A stretch of DNA of 64,000 nucleotides from Monosiga brevicollis MX1. Taxonomy: Eukaryota. The translations under genes were made by a program, and so were the position numbers. The stretch spans positions 25,332 through 89,331 of the forward strand of contig NW_001865091.1 of NCBI RefSeq assembly GCF_000002865.3, given 5' to 3'. The notes beneath the pieces are model-generated. The model was not told where the DNA came from, did no database searches, and was given only the letters and a program-made list of their open reading frames with translations. Each line of letters begins with the position of its first letter. The first letter of the stretch is position 1. Positions 9,564-21,500 of this stretch are shown here, piece by piece.

Positions 9564-12500
9564 CTAGGCCTCAAAACCGTAGGCTGACTCATCTTCATCG
9601 TTCAAATTGACGTTGCGAGACTTGGCCGGCCTACAAGAACAGTAAAGCATCAGGCATAGCGGAGAGCATGAGAAGGCAACACCACACACTGCAAAGGCAA
9701 AAAAGAAGAACAAAGAAGAACAACGCAAGTACAAAGCAAGTTCAAAGCAAGAACAACGCAAGAATAAAGCAAGAACAAAGAAAGAGCAAAAAAGAACCAA
9801 GACAAGGGTGGGAGGTTCAACGAAGCGGCGGGGCTTACCGAGCTGGCGGTGGCCCACTGTCAAAGTTGACGACACGGGCTCCAAGGTCGGATGACATCAT
9901 CTCCGAGTCTTCACCAAACGCAGGCTGACTAATGGGCGTCGCATACATGCTCTCCATGGCCGCCATCGGACCAGCGCCATTCTGCTTGTCCAAGTAATCC
10001 AAGATGACGCGGTACACAAAGGCATACTGCTCGGCGGTCTGGACCATACCAGGTCGTTGCGTGCGCAAATGCTTCGTCACTTGATACAGATCCACCTTGT
10101 TCTCCTGCTTCATGCGCTCGAGGCAAATAACAGCAGCACAGTATGCGCCCGTTCGGCCCACGCCAGCGCTGCAGTGCACCACCGTGGGCTTCAGCTGTTG
10201 CAAGATAGCGTGTTCGTTGATGGCCTCGCGGTTGCCGTAGATGCTCTCCTCTTGAGGCACTACAACCTTGCTTCGCGCGTAGTCCTCAACGCGCATCACC
10301 AAGTCAACCAAGTCACGGCCAGAGCCCATTTCGCCCGAGGAAGGCCAGTTTGGAAACTGCCAGTGCTTGACCTCACGTGCTTGATCCGAGACGGGGTTGA
10401 GCAGAGTCAAGGTGCGCTCCACACCAAAGCTCTTGTGCTCCTCCTCAGAGATGGACACCTGCAAATCTCCAACATTGAGGGGGTCACTGCCCAGGGAGGG
10501 CCAGTACTGTTCTGACTTTTGCCGGCCACTCTCCTCAAGGTGAGTCAGCATGACAATGCTGTGAACCTCCTGCTCCCATACCATGCGCCAGAAGTCTGCC
10601 AGCGTGCTCTGCATGGGGCCCTGTGTGGCAATAAACTGCTTGCGTTGACGGAAGCCGTCAATGTAGCTGGCGTTGATGTAATCCGAGCCGACAACACCCG
10701 GCAGGGCCGATAGCTTGACGCGCGAAGCATCGTAAGGCATGATGTTCTGAAAGCGGTTCTTGCTTTTGTTTGCCATCTGCTGAGCAGCGTCAGTACGCGT
10801 GTTAGAGGAGGGCGGGCCCTGACTGAGGCCACGGAACTCCTGGTCCAGCTGAGTGCCGCCGGAGGAGACGGGCTTGCGCAGCTCATCAAAATGTTTGCGC
10901 AGCGTTTCGGGACTCATCTCCGTTACAATGTTGGAAAGACCATCTGCCAATGCCCGGTAGATAAAAATGTACTGTCCTTCAGTCTGAACCATGGTGGTGC
11001 GCTGGCGACGCATCTCGTTGAGACTGCCCATGACATCAACCTTGTTCTCGCTGGCGGCCTTGTCCAAATTGTAATCGATGGCAATGAGCGTACCAGTGCG
11101 GCCCACACCGGCAGAGCAGTGAACCACCATGGGCCCCGCAGCGGCCTGGTTACGCGTCTCCTTGGCCCGGCGGATAGTCGTCAAGATGCCAGCAGTGGAA
11201 TCTGGGACACCGTGATCAGGCCAGGAGATGTAGTGAAATTGGGTAACAACCCGCGACTGCTGGCTCACCTGCACAGTCAGATGGCGAATGACCATGTCTG
11301 GGAATTCCTCCTGCTTGGTCATGAATACGCTCATGTTGGTCGTCAGCGGGAGTTGACCACCCACTTCCTCAGGCCAGTAGCGGTGACATTTGGTGCGGCC
11401 CTTCTCCTCGAGGTTGGTGACCATGACGATAACCGAGACGCGCTGCTCCCAGATCATGCGCCAAAAGTCCATGAGTGTGTGTGGCAGTGGTCCCTGCGCA
11501 GCAATGTACGACTTGGGCTGGTTATAGCCATCAATGTAGTTGGCATTGATGTAGTCGGAATACGGATCGTTGGGAAGCTTGTGCAACGGCACACGCGAGT
11601 GATCGTAAGCCAAAATGTTGGCAAAGCGGTTCTTTTGCCGGTTGCGGTCCATGATGGCGTAATTGCGACCAAACTCAGAGCCCGACTCAATGCACTCGTA
11701 TTCCTCGGAGAACGCAAAGTCCGAGTTGGCGGCCATCTGCTGAATCACCGTGTTGAGGTCCGACACCGAGATCTCATGACGCTCAACAGGGGGCATGTGC
11801 GGCACGCCGCTGGCAGCGCCACCAGCGACACTGCTAGCGCCCCGGGGTGGCGCAATAACTGCCGCAGAAGCCCCGCCCTTGGGAGGCAAGCTGGGCTGTA
11901 GGGACGAGGACGTCGAGGTCGGGCGGACCGGCACGAGACCCATCGACGGGCCGGAGCGTGGCGCCGGCACTGGCGAGTGAAAGTTGTTTACATCCACAGC
12001 GGTAGAGTTGGTCATCGTCGAAGCTGTGTCGTTGCGCCAGAAATCTTCATCAGGCGCAGCGGCTTTGTTCTGGCGACGCCGCCACATGACAAAGACAAGA
12101 ACGGCCACAATGAGAACGATGATGACAATGACAACTCCAACGATGATGCCAGTATTGTCAGCGGGGGCAGCCGCCGTCGAGGCCAAGGCCGTGGTCGGGT
12201 TGAGGCTGGCGGCCTGGCACAGTTCATCGTTGCCATTTTGCGTGCAGGTGAGGAGACGGAAGGTGTAGGTGGCACCTGCTTTGAGAGGACCATTGACATA
12301 ACCATCACCGTCAGCGTCGACCTTCTCTCGCTCGGCACCAATGACAAAAGAGCTTCGAGACAGATCCCCCAATCCCTCCGACTCGGTAAAGGTCTGGCTG
12401 TACGCAATGTAAGCCATCGGGCTGCTGGCAGCCTGGGCTTCGGACCACGTCCCGAAATCACAGCTGCTAGAGGCGCAGTCCAACGAGGCGACGGCATGGG

Positions 12501-15500
12501 TGCTACTGCCTTGTGGCTCGACCACGAGCGAGAGCCGACGGATGGGACCCGAGTACGTGGAGGGTGCGACCCAGCTGACAGCAAAGGCTGATTGTGAACT
12601 ATATCCATCAGGCAGAACGGCACTCGTGACCGCGGGCGGTGCTTCAGGCCGCGCTGAAAGCGTGCGGCGCTCTGCCACGCGCCCTGGACCACGCAAGATC
12701 ACACCGGTGCCCTGCGTGTTCACCGTAACGAGTGACATGTTCATGGTATACAGTGTGTAAGGCCGCAAGTCAGTAAAGGTCCGGCTGTAGTCATCGTTTT
12801 GACCCCGCTCATGACCACTGCGGTCGTTCGAAAAAGGCGAGTCTTGATCCAGCGTGGTCGAGTACTCAAGCTGCGTCAAGGCACCGTTTGAATTGTAGTA
12901 TTGGCGCTCCGTGCGTTCGACAACTAGAGCCAGGTAATCGATTGGCCCATTACGCTCATGCTTAAGAGGCAACACGTAATTCAGCGTCATCTGACTGCTA
13001 GTTACGCCTGTAAAGTCAAGCTGTGTCGGCGCCGCCTCGGGGGCGGCTGACTCGGTGCGTTGGTGGCCCAAGCGATAGAGGGGCGCGGCGCCGACCTCGT
13101 TGTTGGCCGTCACCTCGACGTCGTAGGTGACGTAGGGGTCCAACTGTGTATACACCGAGTCGTAGTCATCGCTGCCCAGTTCATCGGTCGCGGTGATGGG
13201 CGTGGTCACGATCTTCTTGTTTGGGGTGTCGTACTGCGAGTCGGAGCTAGCGGAGATGACCACCGTATAGTTGGTCATGATTCCGTTGCGAAGAAAGATG
13301 TCCAAAGACTGGAAGCGCAACCGGAAGGTGCGCGCCGTGACATCGAAAAACTCAAGCTCGTCGACGATACCGGTCGGAACGGTTGGAGCCAAGAGTTGGC
13401 TTCGGCTATCGTACATGGTGCCAAAGCCCACTGACGTGGCCGCCTCAACCTTGACTGCGTACAGAAAAGCCGGTTGCAAGTGAGGAAATTCAACAGCAAA
13501 ATCGCGCTCCGGGGTGAAGGGGGCTGTAACGGCAATATTGGATACAGTGGTCTCGATGGTATGGTCGCCAGGGGCTACTGCTGGCGAGGATTGGCGCTCG
13601 AGCGTGACTCGAAACGACTCAATGATGCCATTACGTCGAGTGGCGATGGGGAGCGACCACGAGACATTGATGCGGGCATCGCCGTCGCCATCGCCTGTCA
13701 ATTCAGTGATTGCTAAATTGCGCACTGCGGCATCAGGAGTATAGGGATCCGTTTGAAAGACGACAGCAAATTCGGGGCCGTTCAAACCATTGCCGTTGGA
13801 GGCGCGGACCGTGATTCGATACTCCATGTAAGGCTGCAATGAGGACAGGCGAACTCTGGTGACAGCACCGTCAATGGTGCCAGTTGCGGCCAACTCATCG
13901 GGTGCGGTCCGCAACCCGCCGTCCTGGATGCGGTACGCAAAGTCGCTGTTTGCGCTGTTCGCCTGATAAGTAATGAGGTACCTGAGCTCGGGACCATTCT
14001 GATCTTCTGATCGCGGTGGTGTGATCGAAAACATCAAGGACTGATCGCTGGAATCGCTGAGGTCTACCGCACGCACCGCCGTGGCAGGGGCCGCGCGTGC
14101 CGTGGTCCAGTCATAAAAGGCAGTGCTGATACCAGCCCCCACTGCCGTGCGAGGTCGAATTGACACATTGTACTTGACGTACTCCTCTAGCGAGTCAAGG
14201 CGCAGCGTGAAGAGATTGCTAGCAGCGCCGGAGTTGTTGACACTGAACTGACAAAGACCACCGCAGGCATCTGTGGCGTCCGTGTCCACGCGGCGTGGGT
14301 CATAGTCGCTGGCGCGCGACAAGGTAACCAAAAAGCCTACAATCATGCCCGAGCGGTCGGCTTCAACAGGCAAGGACCATCGAATGACGCTAAATGTTGC
14401 GCCATCGCCACCAGACGCCAGATTGATGGCAGTTACGGGGCCCTGAGGAACATCCTCTGAAGTGCGGTAGATAAGATCATCACTGGCTGGAGAGAGCAGG
14501 CTGGCATCAGAGGCGGGATGGGCATAAAGGCGAACGACGTAATCGAGGCCCGGGTGAAGGCCAGTGAGCGTTGTTTGGGTGCCTACGAGGTTTGTTTGCA
14601 CCATGGGGGCCGAAAAGTCGTCACTGATTCCCAAGCTGGCAGCGGTGACCGACGTGGAGTCCGCGTACGTGGTCGTGCTCTTGGCCACGTACTCCAGGCG
14701 GTAGCGCAGATTGTTCGTGTTGTGAGCCGCTGCAGGGGGCGCCGCCCAGCTCACAGTCAGACTATTGAAAGTGGCTGAGGCTGTCTGATCCAGCACGGGA
14801 GCGGCATCGGGGGCAGCCTCGAGCGTCTCAACATTTCCCAAGTAAGTGGGCGGACCACGCAGGGCAGCCATGCCCGTGTTCTCCGCATACACGGTCAGGT
14901 TGTAGATGATGTGCTTCTCAAGGCCGGAGAGAACGAAGGGTGATGCACCCATGCGCTCGCGACCGGTGTCCGGAAAGGATGCGTTGGCGCGCACTTGCCC
15001 AGGCACACGGGCAAACTCAACGTAATACTCGGGGGTACCCATGCGATCAACCGGGTTCAACTCACTCCAAACTACATTGATGCTGGTCGAGGAGATGGCT
15101 GTGGCCGTGGCCACCACAGGGGCCACCGGATTGTCCTGCTGGGTTGTATAGCGAGCCGTATCGGAGGCCAGGCCATCGCGCGAGCCCGAGCGTGTGCTGT
15201 TGACACGCAACAAAACACGGAAGGCGTAATCCGTGGCCGGCACTAAATCGTCGACTTCAACGACACCGGCGGTAACCTCGGCGACCGTCACCTGGCGCTC
15301 TTGCGCTGGCACTTGTCCAAACTCGTTGCAGCCCGCCACCTGCTTGTCAGTTGGCACGTGGGGTGCAGAGCAGTCAAAGATCCACTGCAGCGTGTAATGC
15401 AGGATTGGCAGGGGCTCCGTTTGCGGTGCCGTGATGGTGACGGCAGCCGTGTAGCCCACGTCCACCTGGGCACTAGTCACGGCCAAGCTAGGCGCACGCA

Positions 15501-18500
15501 TGGCACGGCACTGCATCGTCGTCTGCTCCAGCGTCTCATCCATGATAGCGCGAAACCCGTCGATGAGGGAGATGCCATCGTAGCTGAAGATTTGAACGTC
15601 ACTGCTGTTGAACACCGCGTCATAGAGCTGAGTCGAACCATCCAATTCACCCGTGTGCAGATATCCAGCCGAGTTGTCGGCAGCAATTTGAAGCACGGCC
15701 AGACCAACAGGCGAAGAGGCATCTTGGGCAAGGGTGGAGTTCACCTGAAGAGCAAAATTGGTGTCAGCTGGGAGCTCGACCAGTTTGAGGACCCCGTCAT
15801 TGGACGAGTATCGGCTCTGCGTCGTAAAAGTCTTTGCAAAGGCTGTGTTGTCCGCAAGGTTGACAAACACTAGGAACATCTGTGTGGTATCACCGGCGGA
15901 TTCCCCGGACGCAAGGCCTGCATTGGTTGCAGCCACAGATACGCCCAGCTGGCAGTCTGACTCAGGATCCCGGACGGGTAGGACTTCGAAGAAGGGAATA
16001 TGACGCAATTGACCACCAATGACGTCCAGCATTACAAGCACGTCGTTCAGGGACACGCTCTGGCTCAGATCCACGTCCATGGCGGCATTCGATGCGGGTG
16101 CCTGGCCCAGGGAGCCAGTCAAGTATTGAAGCAGCAGGAGGGCATCACCAACAGTAAGGCGACCATCATCATTGAAGTCGAGGGAAGCATCAGCGTCACC
16201 AACTGCGGCTCGCCGACGCCGCCCACTGCCACCGCCAATGTGAATCGAAGTGCCAGAGGTACCCCAGTGATAGGATGTTGAGACGGACCATCGGCGATCA
16301 CGCTCCCAACCGGGGGCGGGAGTGGAAGTCGAAGCCTCAGCCTTCACGCCGGCGTCCCAAGAAAAATCGTTGCCGTGTGAACCCAGATGATACGTTGTGT
16401 GAACGGCCCAGCGGCGTCGGCGAGCTTGCTCAGCAAGAATGTCAAACTGAAAACTGGACCCCGGGGAGCGAACATCGCTCAGCAAGACCACACCAGTCGC
16501 ACCCGTGAGCTCCACAAGTTCAACATCAAATCGCACCGTGGTTGACGCCGTGCTCGCGACGAGGAACGTGGCCGTACCAAAATCCACGTTTTGACCTGGT
16601 GCCAACGGTTGGGCAAAGAGGCAGGAAATGGTAATACGCTTATCGGTATCGCGATTGGCTCGAATCAAACCCAAAACACCGCGGGAGACGCGGACGTGCT
16701 GCAGCGTGAGGGCATCCCGTGGGTCAAGCGTGATGCGCAGCTGGATGGCACCCACGGCCACATCCGAGGTCAGGCGCAACGGCATCTCAAAGGTGCTTCC
16801 AGCTGTTTGGTTGGAAAAACGCGTGAGATCGACACCCGAAGCGTCCTTGTCCAGCTGCACTGTCACATTGATTTGCCTTTGCAGCTCCTCGTTGACCATA
16901 ATCGTCAGCTGCACCGGTTCCGCAGACGAGGCCAGGACGTCCAATCGACCAAACTCATCAATGGCCAGGATATTTGCGTCGGATGAGGCAAACGTGATGC
17001 CGAGCGCAGTGGGAATGAACGTGCCCGTGAGGGTCTCGTGCAGCAGGTGCGCTGGAATCGTCGTGCCATCGCTCAGCTCAATGTCAAAAGACAACAGCAA
17101 CTGACTGTCGGAGTCGTCAATGACCATTGAGCTACCACTGGTAGTGACGTTCATGGCTGCCAAGTTGTACACGGCAAAATTGTCAATATTTTGCACAGTA
17201 CGACTGCTGCTGTCGGATCGCAGCAGTTCGGCAAAGTCATCACCAGTTTCAAGCCGCACGAGCAAATTCTTTGAGGAGCTGGCGAGATGAGCAGCCTGAA
17301 TGAAGAGTGTCGTGTCATCGTAAACGCCAAACTCGATGGTGGCACCGTCGTACTCAAGAGTGTCGACAAGGCTGGTTGGCACGTAAATGTGATCGTCTCT
17401 GGTTCGGATCTGCACAAAGGCCACTCCTGGAACGGCTGCGATGCGATCGGTGACAGTGCCGAGGTCGGGATAACTGAACGTGAGAATTTCAAAGACTGGC
17501 AGTATTAATTCAATGTTAACCCGCAGCTCCAACTCCGAACCCTCGGACGTTTCAATGATAATGGAGGCCTTGTTGCTTGTCGGATCGTCCTCTACTTCAA
17601 TGTATACGGCACCTTCGCCCTCGATGAGCGAAAAGTTGTTGAGATAAGTAGAGGCACCCAGCTCGACGTTACTGCTAGAGATGGGCACGCGCGAGCCGTC
17701 ACTGTACACGATTTCCAAATGAATCACGGCCGAGTATGGCTGATCAAGACGCTCGCCGTATTGTCGGCCATACAGGGAGGCGGGTGCATCCAAGGCCACC
17801 AGCTCCTTCGGCACTGGGCGGGAATAGTTGAGGTCAAAGGAGGCGCTGATTGTTTCAGGCGTGCAATCAGCCCGCTGTGCAAGTTCAAGACTGCGAGTTT
17901 CCTCCGTATCTTCCGTCAGCACGATTTCATCCAAGCTCGTTGTGAACATATCATCAGACGGAGTAAGCGTCCAGCGGTCCGAGGTCATGGGGTCGAACAA
18001 ACTGAGAAGAGCAAAAGGAAAGGCTCGCCCAGCAGTGAGTCCCACAACGAAGGAAGATTGACCCCGGGCAGTAGCTGCCTGCGCGCCCGAACCAGCCACC
18101 ACGTGAGAGAACATTGCACCCTCAACACGACCCAAGTAGGCACGGGCGCCCAAGTAGATGGCCGCTGAGCTAGCATCCCGCACGGTGACTGTTGCGCCCG
18201 CCATCTCGAGATCCACACTGATGGAGACGGTCCCAGCCGAGACACCCACAAAGGCACGTTGTGTGGCCTCGTACGCCAGGTGGGGACCATAGCCCGAGAA
18301 AGCGGTGGGGGCAACCAGGCTCGTCACGTCCACTTCTGTGACGGCGTTGGTGCCATCGGTAATGTCCGCCCAGACTCGTGGCCGGGTCGTGGAGTAGATA
18401 GGCCGGCACGCCTCCGTATCATCGGGATCGGCCGTCTCGCCAATCGGTGAAACCACAGACTGACTCATTTCAAGACGGGCATTGACAGCACGCCAAACAG

Positions 18501-21500
18501 TCAATGAATAGTTGCCCGTCATACCAAGGTGAGTAGCTTGAAGCTGCACTTCGCCCGCAAAGTCGCTGGCGAATGTGAGGGTGCTGCAACCATCCAGCTC
18601 CTCCTCCGCCGAAACAGGAACGACCGCACAGCTCAAGCTGGACACGGTCACTGGGCGACCATCTGAGGCGAACACTTGTACGTCTAGCGCCACAGTGTTC
18701 TGCTCAAGAATATTGAGGTGGTGGCGCAGCCCGTTGGCAGGGCGGATAAAGACAGCTGCCGCGTTGGCCTCCAACACGTGAAGGACTGCGCTGGCATTTG
18801 ATTGCTTGCGCACATACACCACTTGGGGTACTACCGAAGCCTGGGTGGCGAGTCGCACCTCATCGGCCACAATCTCGATGGTCACTGTTGCCTCCTCGCT
18901 CACAGGTCGAAAGGCGATATCAAAAAGATCCAAATCCTCGGGCTGATTTGCATCGGCATTCGTGGTGAAAGCCGTCACCACCAGCGTGTGGGCATTGCCT
19001 TCTTGAGATGAGGACTGGATGGCTACGAACCAGTCGTCACTGGCAACAGCAAAGCTGCTTTCGGTAAACTGAGCTCCATGCGCAACAACGGTAAATGCCA
19101 AGCTCATGACGGGTTGGCGACGGTGGTAGGCCACGCGCATGAAGCCAGCGTCGGTCACATTGTCGCTCAAAAAGACCGCAACGGTGTTGGGGGTAACAAA
19201 CGCTGGCATGGCGATGGAGGTGGCCAAGGCACCAGTAAGCGTGTTGGCAGTCCAGCTCTGGTCGGCGGCAGTCGAGACCGTGAAGGCTGCCTCGGCAGCG
19301 CCAAACCATGAGCCAGGCACGTGAGCAGAGCCCGTACAGATACCCAGGGCCGAAACGTTTGTCATGCCACAAGTCAGGGTCAAGGGTGAGAATGAGGCAT
19401 TCTCGTGGGTGACGTGCAACAGAACCTCGTAGGGCGCAACCCATGGCTCTCCGGCTGGGCCAAGCGCTTGAATGGCAACGTGTAGGCGCGGGCTGATCGG
19501 TGAAATGGTGCGAGTTAGGAGCCGCAAATCCAAGGACGTGGCAGCACTGGGCTCCAGGGTCACGGGTGCCGTGTTATGCACTGCACCGTACTGCATCGAC
19601 ACAGTACCGGCAGTGGCGTAGACGAATTTGACATTAGCAGTCATGTTGCTGCTGAGCACACCGGCATCCAGGGATGTGGGACCAAAAAGTGCAAAGTCGG
19701 CAGACATTTCCACAGATACATTGTAAAGCGGGTCGGGGAGGGGCGCACAGATGGTATCAATGGAGCCAGCGCATGCTGCCTGCTGCCAGTAGCCCGCACC
19801 GCAGACGCCACAGGGCGTGCAAAGGCCATCACACTGCTCGGGACGGTAAAAGCCATTGGTGCTTGTGCAGGCCTGGCAATCGAGATGAATGACAAAGGGA
19901 TCGCTGTCCGCGACGTAAACGGCACCCGTGTACAGGGTACGAGCGCCTGTTTCGATGGGAGCTTGCAACTTGGAAAGCACATCCTCGGCCACGGTTTGTG
20001 AGCAGCTGTGGCAAATCACACGAAGGGAGGCCTGCACGTTACCAGCCACCTGTTCGTGAGAGATGGAAGCCAGGTCATCGTCAGAGAAAGCACGGGAGAT
20101 GCTGGCATCGGCCGTCAGAGCGGCCGCAAGCGCCTCACGCAGAACGCGACGCTGAACTTCATATGTAAAAGTGGTCGTTGAGGGCAGCCGAAGGCCAAAG
20201 TAAATAAAGATATTGCCGGACCCCGGATCGTCAGAGCGACTCGGTTCGTCTTCAATGAGGCGCAAGAAGGCCCGGGAGTAGGCAGGACCATTGGTCGAAG
20301 ACAGGTCATCGTAAAGGTCACCACGGCCAGTGCTATTAACCACATCACGAACGGCGGCAAGGACATCTTGGTATTCCGCATCAATCGCGTCAATGTGAAA
20401 GTCGATAACGGTGCTGCTATTCTGGGAGACGCAAACGCGGTCAGAGGTGGCGGTGGCCTCCACAAACTCCTCGTAAAAGCGAGGATCACACTCGGCCAAG
20501 AGCTCGCATTGACGGTCGGTCACATTGGAAGGAGCGAGTACTTCGTACTCATTGTCCGTGCAGTTGGTCCAGGGCGTGCACGCGCTAGCCGAGCTGCTGA
20601 AGGAGAAGGTAGCATCAGGACACGCCGAGCATTCGCGCTGCGACGTGATGGTCGGTGGTGCCGTCACGTAGGAGCCGGGCGCACAGTCGACAACGGCGGC
20701 ACACGTGGACTGTCCAGCATTGGCCTGAAAGTTGACGCCAGCCGTGCACGCTTGACAAGAGGTCGCCTCATCGTCGAGGCTCACAGATCCTGGCGGGCAA
20801 GAAGCACAGGATGGCACGTTGGTCGAATCACTATAGGTACCCGCCGTGCATGCAGCGCACTGGCGATCACTCGAGGAGGTGGGGTCTTGTGAGACTTCCT
20901 GGCCGGGATCGCAGTTGCGAACTGGAGCACACGAGGCATTGCCCCCCGAGGCAAAAAAGTCGGCTGCACAGGCTGTGCAAACGCGATCCGAGGTGGCGTT
21001 GGGTGCAGCAGTTTGTCCGAAACCAGCTGGGCAGCTGCTCCAAGCACGACATTCCACGGCTCCCGAGGCATTTTGAAAAAAACCAGTTGCGCAGGGCACG
21101 CAGACATCATCGGTAGTCAAGCCTTGCCGAGTGCCTGGTGGGCAGAGTTCGCAAGTGCCTGTAGAGTTGGACGTTCCGTTCTTGCAGGCACAGCTGCGAT
21201 CCGAAGTGCTGGTGGCTGCGACAACTTCTGTCTGCGTATCTGGGTTGCAAACCGTCAGATTGGCACACACGCGATCCGAAGTATTGGTCGCAGGAACCTC
21301 AGCGAACTGTTGTGCGGTGCAGATGGTCAGATTGACGCAGGACGAGGTCTGCGTGTCCAAGTACTGGCTGCCGGTGGCGCAATTGGGCAGGCCGGTGGTG
21401 GTTGCAGCAGCAGTGGTTGTGGGTGCCAACGTCGTATCGGCCGCCGTGGCGGTCGTGGTGGCAGTGGTTGTGGTGGCGGCGGTTGAGCCGGCAGCCGTGG

